Below, piece by piece: positions 46,339 to 58,171 of a stretch of DNA of 64,000 bases (within the stretch, counting starts at the first letter, position 1; the number at the start of each line of letters is the position of its first letter). The stretch lies in the IMG/VR virus record IMGVR_UViG_3300044630_006741; one strand, given 5' to 3'. Below the pieces are notes generated by a model, which ran no database searches, was not told where the DNA came from, and saw nothing but the letters and a program-made list of their open reading frames with translations. Both the position numbers and the translations under genes were made by a program. The stretch is from an uncultured virus (IMG/VR IMGVR_UViG_3300044630_006741) (Duplodnaviria; Heunggongvirae; Uroviricota; Caudoviricetes).

Positions 46339-46974
46339 ATGTTAATAAAATTTGAAAATCTAGTAAAAAAATACGGAACACCAAGAGGTATAATACACTT
46401 AGGCGCTCATTTAGCTGAAGAACTGGGGGATTATATTCAGCACAACCAAAGAAATGTAGTATGGATAGAGGCAAATCCAGATTTATTCGAGGATCTTGAT
46501 AAAATAGCGAAAGATGCAGGACACCTAGCTTTTTGCGAACTTCTATCGGACGAAGATGGTACTGAGATGAAATTCAATATAGCCAAGAATAATTATAACG
46601 GAAATTACCAGTCTTCTTCTGTTTTAGATTTCGGAACACACGCTATCCACCACCCGAATGTAGTAATGGAGAGGAGTATAAATCTTAGATCTAAAAGAAT
46701 AAGCACTATCTTCAATGAAAACGATCTTAATTTCGACGACTATAATTTCGTAAATATAGATTTACAGGGATACGAGCTCCCGGCTATAAAAGGTTTTGGG
46801 AATTCCATATCCAAAATGGATTACATATACACGGAGGTGAACACTGGTGAGGTTTATAAGGGATGTACAAAAATAGATGAACTTGATGCTTATCTAGGTG
46901 AGTATGGTTTTACAAGAGTGGAAATTGAAATGACCGATGCTGAATGGGGTGATGCTTTTTATATAAAAAAGTAA
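46339..46974 (+). CDS. FkbM-family methyltransferase
   Basis: HLGAH, IEANP, NIDLQGYEL, YTEV. Confidence 0.85.
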   Translation: MLIKFENLVKKYGTPRGIIHLGAHLAEELGDYIQHNQRNVVWIEANPDLFEDLDKIAKDAGHLAFCELLSDEDGTEMKFNIAKNNYNGNYQSSSVLDFGTHAIHHPNVVMERSINLRSKRISTIFNENDLNFDDYNFVNIDLQGYELPAIKGFGNSISKMDYIYTEVNTGEVYKGCTKIDELDAYLGEYGFTRVEIEMTDAEWGDAFYIKK

Positions 46975-46985
46975 ATGCTAAACAT

Positions 46986-47819
46986 ATGAAGTTTTTTTTT
47001 GAGGGTCCATGTCACCATAAAAATACGATAGGATTAAACCTTATGATAAACGAGGGAATGGATGTAGACCTATCCTATTCGGCAAGTAAAGAATATGACT
47101 GGATAGTTAATTTTAGCGAATTTAAAACTTACAGCGGACATAAGGGAGGAGTCATTTACGGTCCTCAAATTATGTTTCCCACTATACCAGCATCATCCAT
47201 ACCTAACGTTCACGGTAAAACGTACTGTAACCTTCTTTCTGATTGGCTAGTAAATCTAAATTCTGACATAAATCCAGATATAAAATCCATAGCTTTACCC
47301 TTTGCAGTTGAGGTAAACAAATTCGTACCCTCTGAGAAAAAGGGAAACCCCGTGATATATTTTAAACACGTAAAAGAGGATAGACTTCAATCAGTGATAA
47401 GTAAATTGGGTAACGAATTTATAGTAATTAGGTACGGGAGCTATTCCGAGGATCACTATTTAAAATCGATAGCTGAAGCACCATATGTCATATGGATCGG
47501 ATGCCACGAAAGCCAGGGATTTGCATTCCAGGAGGCATTAAGTTGTAACACGCCTATATTTGTTATAAACGTAAGATCTCTGAGAGATGAAATTGGCTCA
47601 GGTTGGCTTAATTTTATGCCCGATCGTGAATTAAGAGCTACGTCTGCTTCTTATTTTGACGAAAGATGCGGTCTCATATCTTACTTTGAAACATGGGAGA
47701 ATGACATCGATAATTTTTTATCCAATATTCATAACTATTCGCCAAGGAAATTCATTATGGAAACCCTTTCCCCCCGTGCATGCCTCGATACATGGGTTAA
47801 TAAATTAAGTAAGCTGTAA
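46986..47819 (+). CDS. putative GT-B glycosyltransferase
   Basis: ESQGFAFQEALSCNTP. Confidence 0.65.
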   Translation: MKFFFEGPCHHKNTIGLNLMINEGMDVDLSYSASKEYDWIVNFSEFKTYSGHKGGVIYGPQIMFPTIPASSIPNVHGKTYCNLLSDWLVNLNSDINPDIKSIALPFAVEVNKFVPSEKKGNPVIYFKHVKEDRLQSVISKLGNEFIVIRYGSYSEDHYLKSIAEAPYVIWIGCHESQGFAFQEALSCNTPIFVINVRSLRDEIGSGWLNFMPDRELRATSASYFDERCGLISYFETWENDIDNFLSNIHNYSPRKFIMETLSPRACLDTWVNKLSKL

Positions 47820-47833
47820 AAATAAAACATAAA

Positions 47834-48112
47834 ATGAAAACTCTAGACGAAATAGGACTTAATTATTATACGGATAAAGCTTCGTATCATCATAAATATC
47901 TGGATTATTACGACACTAATCTTTCCGCCAAAAGGAACAATGAAAATAACATACTAGAAATAGGTATACTTTTTGGACAATCTACCAAAATGTTCAAGGA
48001 ATATTTCACCAATAGCAAGATTTATTCTTTCGATATCGAGGATAAAAGAAATCTCGCGGAAGATAGAATAGAAATTTTATACTCGAAACACTATCTCCTA
48101 GAGCTTGTATAA
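47834..48112 (+). pseudogene. truncated class I SAM methyltransferase
   Basis: TDK...H.YLDYY...ILEIGI...FDI, then ends at 92 aa before the rest of the fold. Confidence 0.55.
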
Positions 48113-48116
48113 ATAA

Positions 48117-48794
48117 ATGGATAAAAACATTAGAATGATTTTGGTAGAACTTAGATCCTCTATATTTCCTCCTGAATCTGTTGATTTCCCTATAAATTCA
48201 CACGGGGATAGAATAGATCAGATTGAATCTGGAATAATTAATTTTGTTGAAAAATTAGGGGAAATATCTAAAAAAGATAATATAGATCTATATTTTTCGG
48301 ATAATACGATAATTGATGATTTTCATATACCGGAAAAAATATCAAAATTGCTAAAGCTAAATTTTATAAACACTTCGTGTAAAATAAAAAATGATTTTGG
48401 GCCAAAAAATAAAGGGGCAGGATTAATTGAAATGTGGTTATCCAATATAGAAATAATAGAAAAATATAAATGGATAATCTATTTTGAGCCTAGAACTTTA
48501 TTGAAGGATAAATTCTTTATAGAAGAATGTTTAGAATTTCCGGATAATCGTTTTAAAGTTTTAAATGAAAATGGAAATCTTCATTTTTACACTGGATTAT
48601 TTATGATAGAATCTAAAATACTAATAGAATTCTGTAGATCAGTAGATATCAATGATATGATAAATAAAAAAATTTGCATAGAAAACTCTCTTAAAGATTT
48701 TATGGATACTAGATATCCTAACTATTCAAAATACGAAAATAAATTAAATATAATTTGGCATGACGTTACACAAAATAGATTTATCGAATTTTGA
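48117..48794 (+). CDS. hypothetical protein (glycan island)
   Basis: NKGAG motif; gene context. Confidence 0.7.
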   Translation: MDKNIRMILVELRSSIFPPESVDFPINSHGDRIDQIESGIINFVEKLGEISKKDNIDLYFSDNTIIDDFHIPEKISKLLKLNFINTSCKIKNDFGPKNKGAGLIEMWLSNIEIIEKYKWIIYFEPRTLLKDKFFIEECLEFPDNRFKVLNENGNLHFYTGLFMIESKILIEFCRSVDINDMINKKICIENSLKDFMDTRYPNYSKYENKLNIIWHDVTQNRFIEF

Positions 48795-49347
48795 TAATAA
48801 TTTTAAAGGAAGAAGCTCCTATATAAATGAAAAATTTTCTAAAGTACTACGAACAATATGTCTGATGAAGAGGCCAAAAAAAATAGTAGAGTTTGGTATA
48901 CTCGATGGGTACTCACTGGATTGTTTTCTAGAATCCACGGATGACGATTGCGAAATACTGGCATATGACCTCTTTGAGGAATTTCCTTATAATTCTGCAA
49001 AGTTTGATTCAATGGAAAAAAAGTATGACCAAACAAGAGCTTCGATAAGGAGAGGCAATCTATTCGAAGCACATAATATATTTGAGAGCGAATCGGTAGA
49101 TATAATACATATAGATATAGCTAATGATGGAGATGTTTATGATTATTGTATCAATAATCTAATGTCCAAAATTAGCGATTCAGGCGTTATGATACTAGAG
49201 GGAGGAAGTAAGGAGAGAGATGATATAGAATGGATGATAAAATATAATAAACCCAAAATTAGGGAAGTTTTATATAGATACGAAACTGAATATAGAATAA
49301 ATGTTTTTACCGAATTTCCATCATTAACAATAATCACTAAAAAATAA
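48760..49347 (+). CDS. class I SAM methyltransferase
   Basis: IVEFGILDGYS, AYDLF, IIHIDI. Confidence 0.75.
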   Translation: MTLHKIDLSNFDNNFKGRSSYINEKFSKVLRTICLMKRPKKIVEFGILDGYSLDCFLESTDDDCEILAYDLFEEFPYNSAKFDSMEKKYDQTRASIRRGNLFEAHNIFESESVDIIHIDIANDGDVYDYCINNLMSKISDSGVMILEGGSKERDDIEWMIKYNKPKIREVLYRYETEYRINVFTEFPSLTIITKK

Positions 49348-49350
49348 AAT

Positions 49351-50547
49351 ATGGAAAAACCAAACAATATGATACCACTATTTAAGGTATTTATGGACAA
49401 CAAAGCGGGAGAAGAGGTTAATAAAATTTTAAATTCCGGATTTATCGGCCAAGGTAAAAAGGTAGAAGAATTTGAGGCTTTACTTAAAAATTATTTCAGA
49501 AACTATCTAGTACTAACAACTAATGCTGCGACCTCAGCAGAGCATTTAGCTCTACATATGCTAAGAAATCCATCAACTAATAACGTTTCGGTTGATGGTG
49601 TTGCACATTATCAATCAAGCTGGCCAGGAATAAACCCAGGAGATGAGATATTAACTACCCCCTTGACATGCACAGCAACCAATTGGCCAATCCTTGCTAA
49701 TGGATTTAAGATAAAATGGGTGGATGTAGATCCTAATACATGTAACATGGATTTAGATGACTTAGCAAGAAAGATAACACCAAAGACTAAAGCTATAATG
49801 GTAGTTCACTGGGGAGGATATCCGGTAGATCTTGATAAATTGAAAGATATACAAAATAAAGCTAGCAAAATAATAGGGTTTAAACCGGCTATAATAGAGG
49901 ACTGTGCACACGCATTTGGAAGCTCGTATAAGGGTAAAAAAATAGGTAACCATGGTAACATATGTACATTCAGTTTTCAAGCAATTAAACATCTTACAAC
50001 AGGAGACGGCGGAGCTTTAGTGGTTCCCCATAAAGACCTGTATGACAGAGGAAAACTACTAAGATGGTATGGAATTGACAGGGAAACCAATAGTAAAGAT
50101 TTCAGATGTGAGGATGACATTAAGGAATGGGGCTATAAATTTCATATGAATGATATAAATGCAACCATAGGGATTAATAATTTCAACAAGGTGACGGAGG
50201 AGCTGATAAACATAAATATAGAAAATGCTAATTTCTATAATGATAAACTATCGGGCTTAAAAGACGTCGAACTTATGGAGGTATCGGAGGATAAAAAATC
50301 ATCGTATTGGATATACACGATCAAAGTAAAAAATAGGGACAGATTCATGGACCATATGAGGGATTGCAACATAATGGTCAGCAGAGTTCATGAGAGAAAT
50401 GACAAGCATACGTGCGTGGCAGAATATAAATCAATTCTTCCGAATTTAGAAAAACTAACCGAAGAAATGATCTGCATTCCCTGCGGATGGTGGGTATCTA
50501 AGGAGGACAGAGAATATATCGTAGAATGCATAAAAAAAGGATGGTAA
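49351..50547 (+). CDS. DegT/DnrJ/EryC1/StrS aminotransferase
   Basis: VHWGG, IEDCAHA, SFQAIKHLTTGDGG. Confidence 0.9.
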   Translation: MEKPNNMIPLFKVFMDNKAGEEVNKILNSGFIGQGKKVEEFEALLKNYFRNYLVLTTNAATSAEHLALHMLRNPSTNNVSVDGVAHYQSSWPGINPGDEILTTPLTCTATNWPILANGFKIKWVDVDPNTCNMDLDDLARKITPKTKAIMVVHWGGYPVDLDKLKDIQNKASKIIGFKPAIIEDCAHAFGSSYKGKKIGNHGNICTFSFQAIKHLTTGDGGALVVPHKDLYDRGKLLRWYGIDRETNSKDFRCEDDIKEWGYKFHMNDINATIGINNFNKVTEELININIENANFYNDKLSGLKDVELMEVSEDKKSSYWIYTIKVKNRDRFMDHMRDCNIMVSRVHERNDKHTCVAEYKSILPNLEKLTEEMICIPCGWWVSKEDREYIVECIKKGW

Positions 50548-51308
50548 TGGAAAGAAACTGTAAAGTTATAGCTACATACTTTGGTCCAAGAAGATATTTC
50601 CCTAGGGATGCCAAAGATACGATCAATCTAATCAGAGAGGTTGTAGATACAGAGATCAATGTAGATCCGGGTGTTGATCTGGACGTAATTCTAGTTAATC
50701 ATGATTTCGGAAATAGCGAGGTTACTAATTTTTTAGATTCACTAAACGGGACTAAATTAAATAGGGGTAACCTAATTATAATAAACAGGCCATGGGAGAA
50801 TGGCACAGGAATGAGCTATTCATCTTATAATTATGCATTTGAAAAATACAGAAACGAGTATGATTATTGGTTTTTTACTGAGGATGATGTGATAACAATC
50901 CTACCCGATTATTATAAAATAGCAAAAGATCAGTTATTATCGGATGCGATGAATGCTTTTATAGGATGTCATCGATGCATATCGGAGGATTCAGTACCCG
51001 TGCATGCTCATTCGGGATGTGGTTTAACTAGCAAGGAGTTCATAGAAAAGGCTATAATAAATAACAATGGTACCCTTCCATATTCTAAGCTACCTATGCC
51101 ATCTGAGGTTTCAGATCTTGTTGTAAATATGGATAGGGATAGATTTTTAGCATCAATAGCTCTAAAAGAATGGTATAGATCGGCAGAAATTGAAGGTGAA
51201 GTTGCATTCACAAACATCTATAATAGAATGGGATTCAATATAAAAAATATAGAAACAGATAACCCAGTGGTAAAGGTTTATCAACAAGACAATCCATATT
51301 ATTTATAA
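50547..51308 (+). CDS. putative glycosyltransferase
   Basis: YWFFTEDD; gene context. Confidence 0.55.
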   Translation: MERNCKVIATYFGPRRYFPRDAKDTINLIREVVDTEINVDPGVDLDVILVNHDFGNSEVTNFLDSLNGTKLNRGNLIIINRPWENGTGMSYSSYNYAFEKYRNEYDYWFFTEDDVITILPDYYKIAKDQLLSDAMNAFIGCHRCISEDSVPVHAHSGCGLTSKEFIEKAIINNNGTLPYSKLPMPSEVSDLVVNMDRDRFLASIALKEWYRSAEIEGEVAFTNIYNRMGFNIKNIETDNPVVKVYQQDNPYYL

Positions 51309-51928
51309 TGGGAACTGCCAAATATAATTCAGGATTAAAAAAATATAAAGATCTCCATAGAGGTTCCGAATTTGTATTAATCGCTACTGGTCCAACTTTA
51401 AATAAATTTCATAAATTCGATGAATATGAAAAAACAATAAAAGTTGGTGTTAATAAGATTTATGACAATCCAATAATAAATGATCTTGATTACTATTTCT
51501 TCGGTAGCGACTATTATCTTAATAGTGAGCATCGAGAAAAAATAGAAAAATTAAGTCCCGATATTAACAAGTTTTCATCAGTCTACAGAGACGGCAGTGA
51601 AACCGGTCTTGGAAATATAAATAGAAGCGATTCGGATAGATTAAATTGTACACCCTTTGAATGCTGCTTGGATAGATTTCCCGACGATCAGGCAGATGAC
51701 AAATTACTAGGTCATAGCATAATATTCCCAGCTATTCAAATTATTCTATATATGGGAGCATCCAAAGTATACCTAGTTGGATGTGATCTAAACGAGCATG
51801 CATCAGAATTACCACATTGGTGGAATGAATTCAAAAAATGGAAAGATTATAAATATCCGCATGTGGGGATATCAGTAATAAACGCTATTGGATTAAGCGG
51901 AATATTTGATGGGTATACAGAAATATAA
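51308..51928 (+). CDS. DUF115/Maf-like (nonulosonate transferase-like) protein
   Basis: LIATGPTL, GVN, YMGASKVYLVGCD. Confidence 0.65.
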   Translation: MGTAKYNSGLKKYKDLHRGSEFVLIATGPTLNKFHKFDEYEKTIKVGVNKIYDNPIINDLDYYFFGSDYYLNSEHREKIEKLSPDINKFSSVYRDGSETGLGNINRSDSDRLNCTPFECCLDRFPDDQADDKLLGHSIIFPAIQIILYMGASKVYLVGCDLNEHASELPHWWNEFKKWKDYKYPHVGISVINAIGLSGIFDGYTEI

Positions 51929-53177
51929 AAAAATACTATCCGATCTTTTTTTAATGGATAGAAATATAGTTTCCGATGGGAATTTAGAAGCTCTCAACTA
52001 TATTAAGAATTATTATAAAGATCTAGAAATATATAAATTCAAATCAGGATCTGAATTCTATGATTGGAAGGTTCCTAAATCATGGAAACTAAATAGTGCC
52101 TCTATAAAAAATTCCAACGGGCAAACCATACTAACTCATAACACATCGCCAATGTCGGTGGTCTTTTGTTCGTCACCAATAAAGTCTACTATAAGCGGAA
52201 TAGATCTTATTGAAAGTCTGCATACAAACGAATTCATTCCCGAAGCTGTACCATATAGACAAAGCACATATGATAATAAATGGGGATTTTGTGTAGATCA
52301 CGAATTTAAAAAATCCATATTGCCAGACGAAATATATTCGGTTGAAATAGACTCAGAATTTTCAGACGGAGAGCTACTTGCTGGCGAGTTAAAAATAAAG
52401 GGTGAATCCGATAGAGAAATAATACTAACATCCTATATGTGTCATCCCAGACAAGCACACGATGGACTTTCTGGAGTAGTTATGTTATTAAGATTATACG
52501 ATTTTCTAAATACAAGAAATAATAAATTCACTTACAGATTCCTGATGTTTCCTGAAACGATAGGAAGCATATGCCTTCTTGGCAGCAAAAAAATAATACC
52601 AGATAATATTGAATATACCCTGGTATCCACCTGCTTAGGTAAGATTTCAAATCGACCAGTATATAAAAGTACATTCTTAAATAACCATTCCATAGATAAT
52701 CTAATCAATCATTTATTCGGAAATTCTGTTGACATAAGAAAATATTATCCCTTCGGAAGCGACGAAAGACAATTAAGCAGTCCGGGGATAGAAATACCAT
52801 CCGCTATTATAATGGGTAATCCTTTTGGTGAATTTAATGAATATCACACAGATAAGGATAATCTTGAATTTATGGATTGGGATGATTTTGAAGTCCTCTT
52901 TAATATCTATGCGTCCACTATAACAGAATATGAAAAATACAAAAAGCCAATATATCTATTAAACGGGTGCGAGCCAATGTTGGGTAAAAGAAATCTATAT
53001 TCAGTAATAGGTAACTCTAAGCACACTAGCGAATCGATAATAAGGAATTGGATATTACATCTAGCAAACGGTAAGAATAATACAATGGACATCTCGATAA
53101 AATCCGGATTTGAAATAGATCTAATAGATCAATATTGTGACGAATTGGTTGAACATGGAATAATAAAGCTCATATAG
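51906..53177 (+). CDS. DUF4910 aminopeptidase-like polysaccharide biosynthesis protein
   Basis: DWKVP..W, VPYR...WGFC, YMCHP, PETIGS, GSDERQ, EYHT..D, C-terminal HTH. Confidence 0.85.
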   Translation: MMGIQKYKKILSDLFLMDRNIVSDGNLEALNYIKNYYKDLEIYKFKSGSEFYDWKVPKSWKLNSASIKNSNGQTILTHNTSPMSVVFCSSPIKSTISGIDLIESLHTNEFIPEAVPYRQSTYDNKWGFCVDHEFKKSILPDEIYSVEIDSEFSDGELLAGELKIKGESDREIILTSYMCHPRQAHDGLSGVVMLLRLYDFLNTRNNKFTYRFLMFPETIGSICLLGSKKIIPDNIEYTLVSTCLGKISNRPVYKSTFLNNHSIDNLINHLFGNSVDIRKYYPFGSDERQLSSPGIEIPSAIIMGNPFGEFNEYHTDKDNLEFMDWDDFEVLFNIYASTITEYEKYKKPIYLLNGCEPMLGKRNLYSVIGNSKHTSESIIRNWILHLANGKNNTMDISIKSGFEIDLIDQYCDELVEHGIIKLI

Positions 53178-53927
53178 ATGAAACTGGGAATAATAATACA
53201 GGCAAGACTTGGATCTACAAGATTGCCAGATAAAATAATATTGGATTTCGATAAAGGTGAATCCGTAATGGATATAATAATAGGAAAAATAAAGTCCAGA
53301 TTTTCACAATATCCCATAATATTAGCAACGGGAGATTCTCCGAAAAATTCCAAGTTAATCGAATTTTCATCCAAGCATAATATACATTTTTTCATGGGGA
53401 GTGAGAATAATGTACTGTCCAGATTTATAGAAGCAGCTGAGCTTTATGATTTAACTCATGTGATTAGAATATGTTCAGATAACCCATTTATAGACATGGA
53501 TCTATTGGATGAACTATTATCAATTCCGGATAAATTTTCATATGATTATATAAGTTTCAAAAATGATGACGGGGTACCAGTAATAAAATCACACTTCGGA
53601 TTATTTGCTGAATTTGTATCAGTATCGGGACTAAGGAAAGCGATGTCTACGGAAGGAAATAATTCACATTACATAGAACACGTTACGAATTATCTATACG
53701 AGAACCCTGCCGAATTCGGATTAAAACTAATCGATCTACCTAAAGTAATTTCGGGTAGACATGACATTAGATTGACCCTCGATACACAGCGAGATTTTAA
53801 TATATTATCGGATCTTTACACGAAAACTAAAAATATGAATCTAGATTACATTATTGGTTTTATCGACGAAAATAATGATCAATATATAGATGAGATGCTT
53901 ATTAACATTAAAAATAATAGCAAATGA
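53178..53927 (+). CDS. SpsF-like cytidylyltransferase
   Basis: IQARLGSTRLPDK, GSENNVLSRF, RICSDNP, EHVT, RLTLDT. Confidence 0.85.
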   Translation: MKLGIIIQARLGSTRLPDKIILDFDKGESVMDIIIGKIKSRFSQYPIILATGDSPKNSKLIEFSSKHNIHFFMGSENNVLSRFIEAAELYDLTHVIRICSDNPFIDMDLLDELLSIPDKFSYDYISFKNDDGVPVIKSHFGLFAEFVSVSGLRKAMSTEGNNSHYIEHVTNYLYENPAEFGLKLIDLPKVISGRHDIRLTLDTQRDFNILSDLYTKTKNMNLDYIIGFIDENNDQYIDEMLINIKNNSK

Positions 53928-54964
53928 CATACATCATAGGAGAAATTGGACAGAACCACAATGGATCAGTGGATATTGCAAAATTGATAGTTGATGCAGC
54001 AATAAGACCGGTAAAGGAGATAGATTTTAATTTAGATCTAAAACCATTTAATGCTATAAAATTAACAAAGAGGGATCTTGATTTTGAATTATCCAAGGAT
54101 CAGATGGAGCTACCATATATTGGAGTAAATTCTTTCGGTAGAACCTACAGAGAACATCGGGAATTTCTGGAGCTAAATGACGAGGAGCATTTTGAGATTT
54201 ATAAATATGCAAAAGAGAAAGGACTTGATTTTATAGAAACCTTATGCTCACCAACTTGTCTATCCCTATTAAATCTCTTCATCCCAGATAAACTTAAGGT
54301 TGCAAGCAGGGATCTGACAAATATACCTTTGCTCGAGAGATTAGCAGAAACTAAAATACCCATCATATTATCCACGGGTATGGCTGGACAATCTGAGCTT
54401 GATTCCGCATTGGATGTAATATCGAAGCATCATGAAAATGTGTCAATACTACATTGTGTTTCTCAATACCCTACGCATCCGGATAATGCCAATCTGAATA
54501 CTATAAGATATTTGATTAAAAAATATCCACAATTCGATATTGGGTATTCCGATCATACCATAGGTATTTCTGCACCGGTAATTGCTGTTGGTATGGGTGC
54601 TAAAATAATAGAAAAACATATCACCCTAGATAGAAGCATGAAGGGTACTGATCAAGCGGGATCCCTTGGGATAGATGGTATGAATAGAATGGTTAGAGAT
54701 ATAAGAATAGCGGAAAAATTTCTTGGCAAAGAAAGCATATTCGTGGACGATTCGACACAATCCGCTAAAATAAAACTGGAAAGATCCATAGCAGCAAAAC
54801 ATGACATAAAAGCTGGTAATATTATATTTGAATCAGATATAATTATGTTAAGTCCAGGTGATGGACTTAAATGGAAGGACCGGGATCTTATTGTAGGTAA
54901 AATTGCTAAATCTGATATAGATGAACATCAAATAATATATTCTAATCTATTGGAAAATGCTTAA
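53924..54964 (+). CDS. neuB: N-acetylneuraminate/nonulosonate synthase family
   Basis: IGEIGQNHNG, KVASRD, STGM, HCVSQYP, GYSDH, EKHITLD, SAF domain. Confidence 0.9.
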   Translation: MTYIIGEIGQNHNGSVDIAKLIVDAAIRPVKEIDFNLDLKPFNAIKLTKRDLDFELSKDQMELPYIGVNSFGRTYREHREFLELNDEEHFEIYKYAKEKGLDFIETLCSPTCLSLLNLFIPDKLKVASRDLTNIPLLERLAETKIPIILSTGMAGQSELDSALDVISKHHENVSILHCVSQYPTHPDNANLNTIRYLIKKYPQFDIGYSDHTIGISAPVIAVGMGAKIIEKHITLDRSMKGTDQAGSLGIDGMNRMVRDIRIAEKFLGKESIFVDDSTQSAKIKLERSIAAKHDIKAGNIIFESDIIMLSPGDGLKWKDRDLIVGKIAKSDIDEHQIIYSNLLENA

Positions 54965-55050
54965 TATAAAAATTAGTAATTACAGATATAGACGGAGTAT
55001 GGACGGACGGCGGAATGTATTATGATAATACAGGAAATGAATCCAATTAA
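54957..55050 (+). pseudogene. remnant of a KdsC/KDN-9-phosphate phosphatase-like HAD gene
   Basis: MLNIK, then a +1 frameshift, then [25 protein letters not shown]. Confidence 0.7.
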
Positions 55051-55912
55051 ATCGGCGGAAAAAATTAAAGTGATCTTTAACTGCTCAATATTCGAATTCC
55101 ATAAGGACTACTGTTATAACATAGCAAAAGAATTAACTAACAGAGGACATATAGCAATCATAGAGGAGGATAGAAATGCATTTCATGCTGATGCAGACTT
55201 TACAATACAACCCGATGAAGCATGCTTAAGAATGGGTGGTAAGGGTATCTGGATAAATCACGCATTTCCTTTCGTGCCGCAGAATGAATTTTATTCATCA
55301 ACAGAATTTATGGATGAGCTAAATAGAAACTCTGATTACATATTTACTTTTTCCGACGAATGGGTCGAAAATCAAAAACATTACGGACTTCCGATATTTA
55401 ATGTGGGAATGCCAAAATTGGACAATTTCTCCAGGATTCAAACCGATGTGTTTAATATTCTGTATGTTCCTACGTGGAACGAAGAGCTTACAAGTTCAAG
55501 AGTAATAGATATCGAAATGCTAAAGACCAAAGGTAACCTCATTTATAGGGGTCACCCAGCATTTAACACCAGTGAAATTCCACTAATGGAAGCTTTATCA
55601 ATAGCTGATGTTGTGATAACAGATTATTCTTCGGTTGGATTAGAATCGATAGTGCTGGATATACCAACAATATTTTACACTAATGAAAGATATGGTTCAG
55701 TTGGTGATCATATATCAAATAAAGCGATGGAAGCTGGTATCTGCGTTAGTGACGATGTTGCATTGGAAGTAGCAATAGAAACATACCGAAACAATCCATC
55801 ATTTTTATCTATAGAAAGAGAGAAGTATTCAAAAATACTAGCATCAAATTTGGGGGAATCATCAATATGCTTTGTCAATACCCTAGAAAAAATAAAATCA
55901 GAATGCATATGA
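55037..55912 (+). CDS. CDP-glycerol:glycerophosphotransferase (TagF-like)
   Basis: [26 protein letters not shown]. Confidence 0.75.
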   Translation: MNPIKSAEKIKVIFNCSIFEFHKDYCYNIAKELTNRGHIAIIEEDRNAFHADADFTIQPDEACLRMGGKGIWINHAFPFVPQNEFYSSTEFMDELNRNSDYIFTFSDEWVENQKHYGLPIFNVGMPKLDNFSRIQTDVFNILYVPTWNEELTSSRVIDIEMLKTKGNLIYRGHPAFNTSEIPLMEALSIADVVITDYSSVGLESIVLDIPTIFYTNERYGSVGDHISNKAMEAGICVSDDVALEVAIETYRNNPSFLSIEREKYSKILASNLGESSICFVNTLEKIKSECI

Positions 55913-57198
55913 AAAAAGTCTATATAGCAATGAGTGCCGATTTAGTCCACCATGGTCACTTAAACATAATCGAGGAAGGTAGAAAATTAGGCGATGTTAT
56001 TGTCGGAGTATTAACAGATAAAGCTATAGCATCATATAAGAGACTTCCGTATTTAGATTTTGAAGCAAGAAGTAGAATAATAGAAAATATAAAAGGTGTA
56101 AATCTAGTTGTTCCCCAGGAGACCCTTGATTATGTAGAAAATCTTAGAAAATACAAACCTGATTACGTTATACATGGTGACGATTGGCAAACGGGAAGAC
56201 AAAAACAAGTAAGAGAAAGAGTTATAGAAACCATAGGCGAATGGGGAGGTGAATTGGTAGAGATTCCGTACACCGAAGGAATATCTTCAACACAGTTGAA
56301 CTATATACAAAAAAGTATAGGTACTTCTCCCGCTATCAGACAATCTAAGTTAAGAAGGCTACTTGATTCCAAAGAAATAGTTAGAGGCATGGAAGCACAT
56401 ACTGGATTGAGCGGAATAATAGTAGAAAAAGCTTTTGTTGTTAAAGATGATAAAACCGAAGAATTTGATTGCATATGGATGTCAAGTTTAACAGATTCTA
56501 CATCAAAAGGGAAACCCGATATTGAGTTGGTTGATAGACTTGATACATTAAATCAGGTGCTAGAGGTAACAACTAAGCCTATTATAGTAGATGGTGATAC
56601 TGGAGGTGTAGAAGAACATTTCTGTTATACAGTAAGGACTTTGGAAAGACTAGGGGTTTCGGCTATAATTATAGAGGATAAAATCGGTCTTAAGAAAAAT
56701 TCACTATTCGGAACTGACGTCGACCAAGAGCAAGACACGGTCGATAACTTTTGCTCCAAGATAGCAGCAGGTAAAAAATCTCAGGTATCAAATGAATTCA
56801 TGATCATTGCCAGAATAGAGAGCCTTATATTAGGTAATGGTCTTGATGATGCTATATTAAGAGCTGAAAAATATATAGCCGCTGGTGCTGATGGTATTAT
56901 GATACATAGCAAAAAAACAGATCCGAATGAAATATTCGAATTCTGTAAAATGTATCAGAAGCTAAATAATAAAGCACCTCTTTTTGCTGTTCCTTCAACG
57001 TATGATTCAGTAACAGAGAAAGAACTAATAGACAATAATATAGATTTAGTAATCTATGCAAATCATCTAATAAGAAGCGCATACCCCGCAATGCTTAAAA
57101 CCGCTGAAAGCATACTGCTTCACGAGAGGGGCAAGGAGGCATCGGAAAATTGTTTAAGCATAAAGGAAATATTAGATCTAATACCAGGGACAAGATAA
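55909..57198 (+). CDS. pepM: cytidylyltransferase-phosphoenolpyruvate mutase fusion
   Basis: N-terminal DLVHHGH NTase; PEP mutase motif [10 protein letters not shown] (EDK-x5-NS). Confidence 0.92.
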   Translation: MKKVYIAMSADLVHHGHLNIIEEGRKLGDVIVGVLTDKAIASYKRLPYLDFEARSRIIENIKGVNLVVPQETLDYVENLRKYKPDYVIHGDDWQTGRQKQVRERVIETIGEWGGELVEIPYTEGISSTQLNYIQKSIGTSPAIRQSKLRRLLDSKEIVRGMEAHTGLSGIIVEKAFVVKDDKTEEFDCIWMSSLTDSTSKGKPDIELVDRLDTLNQVLEVTTKPIIVDGDTGGVEEHFCYTVRTLERLGVSAIIIEDKIGLKKNSLFGTDVDQEQDTVDNFCSKIAAGKKSQVSNEFMIIARIESLILGNGLDDAILRAEKYIAAGADGIMIHSKKTDPNEIFEFCKMYQKLNNKAPLFAVPSTYDSVTEKELIDNNIDLVIYANHLIRSAYPAMLKTAESILLHERGKEASENCLSIKEILDLIPGTR

Positions 57199-57776
57199 TG
57201 ACAAGAATCTCAAGTATAAAGAATTTATATATTGGGTATCATAATTTCTACAGGAAATACTATGGCATGGATAGAGAAATTTTCTCCTTTAGAGATCCAG
57301 TAGAACAAATAATAAAAACGGAGAAAAATATAGGATCCAAGGAAGCTTTCATATTGGAATATGGATGCGGAACAGGATTTAATCTGGAATATCTTTATAA
57401 TATTGGTTATACAAATCTATTTGGCATAGAACAGAATACGGAGGTATACTCAGGTATTGATACGAATAAAAAAATAAAAATTATAAACGGTAATCTATCA
57501 GAAGATATTCAATTAACCGGAAATAATAAATTTGATTTTATATTCACAAGATCTGTTCTTCAACAAAGGATAGGCATAGGAAAAATACAAGGTGATTTTA
57601 ATACTGACGATGATATTGTTAAAATACTTTCAGTATTTTCAAGAATATTAAATACCGATGGTGTAGTTTTTCTTAATGAAGGCACACAGACAAGAGATTG
57701 GGGAGAGATAATAATAAAAAGCGGATTCAAGTTAATAGACAGCGGTAATAATTTTTTCAAATTAAAAATAAAATAA
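57198..57776 (+). CDS. class I SAM methyltransferase
   Basis: ILEYGCGTG, FDFIFT. Confidence 0.8.
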   Translation: MTRISSIKNLYIGYHNFYRKYYGMDREIFSFRDPVEQIIKTEKNIGSKEAFILEYGCGTGFNLEYLYNIGYTNLFGIEQNTEVYSGIDTNKKIKIINGNLSEDIQLTGNNKFDFIFTRSVLQQRIGIGKIQGDFNTDDDIVKILSVFSRILNTDGVVFLNEGTQTRDWGEIIIKSGFKLIDSGNNFFKLKIK

Positions 57777-57780
57777 AAAT

Positions 57781-58170
57781 ATGATAACTTTAGAAGAACT
57801 TAAAAATCAAGGTTATTCCTTTTTCACAGGCGTTCCTGATAGCTTGTTATCTCCGCTAATAAGAGAAATAGAAAAATCAACAGAAACACATATCATAGCA
57901 CCCAACGAAGGGTTAGCATTAGGATTAGCTGTTGGCGCAGAACTTGCGGGAAAGAAAAGCTGTGTATATTTACAAAATTCAGGTCTTGGTAATTTAATAA
58001 ATCCTCTAACAAGTCTATGCATTCCCTTTGATATTCACCCTCTCCTCATAATAGGTCATAGGCATACTCTGGAGCAACATAAAGTGATGGGGAATACCGA
58101 TAGAGAGATATTAGAATTATTGGGATATGAGAACTTCATAATAGTGGAGGGATCGAATAACGAATCATAA
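57781..58170 (+). CDS. phosphonopyruvate decarboxylase, N-terminal subunit
   Basis: FTGVPDSLL, NEG.A, YLQNSGLGN, QH..MG. Confidence 0.85.
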   Translation: MITLEELKNQGYSFFTGVPDSLLSPLIREIEKSTETHIIAPNEGLALGLAVGAELAGKKSCVYLQNSGLGNLINPLTSLCIPFDIHPLLIIGHRHTLEQHKVMGNTDREILELLGYENFIIVEGSNNES

Positions 58171-58171
58171 T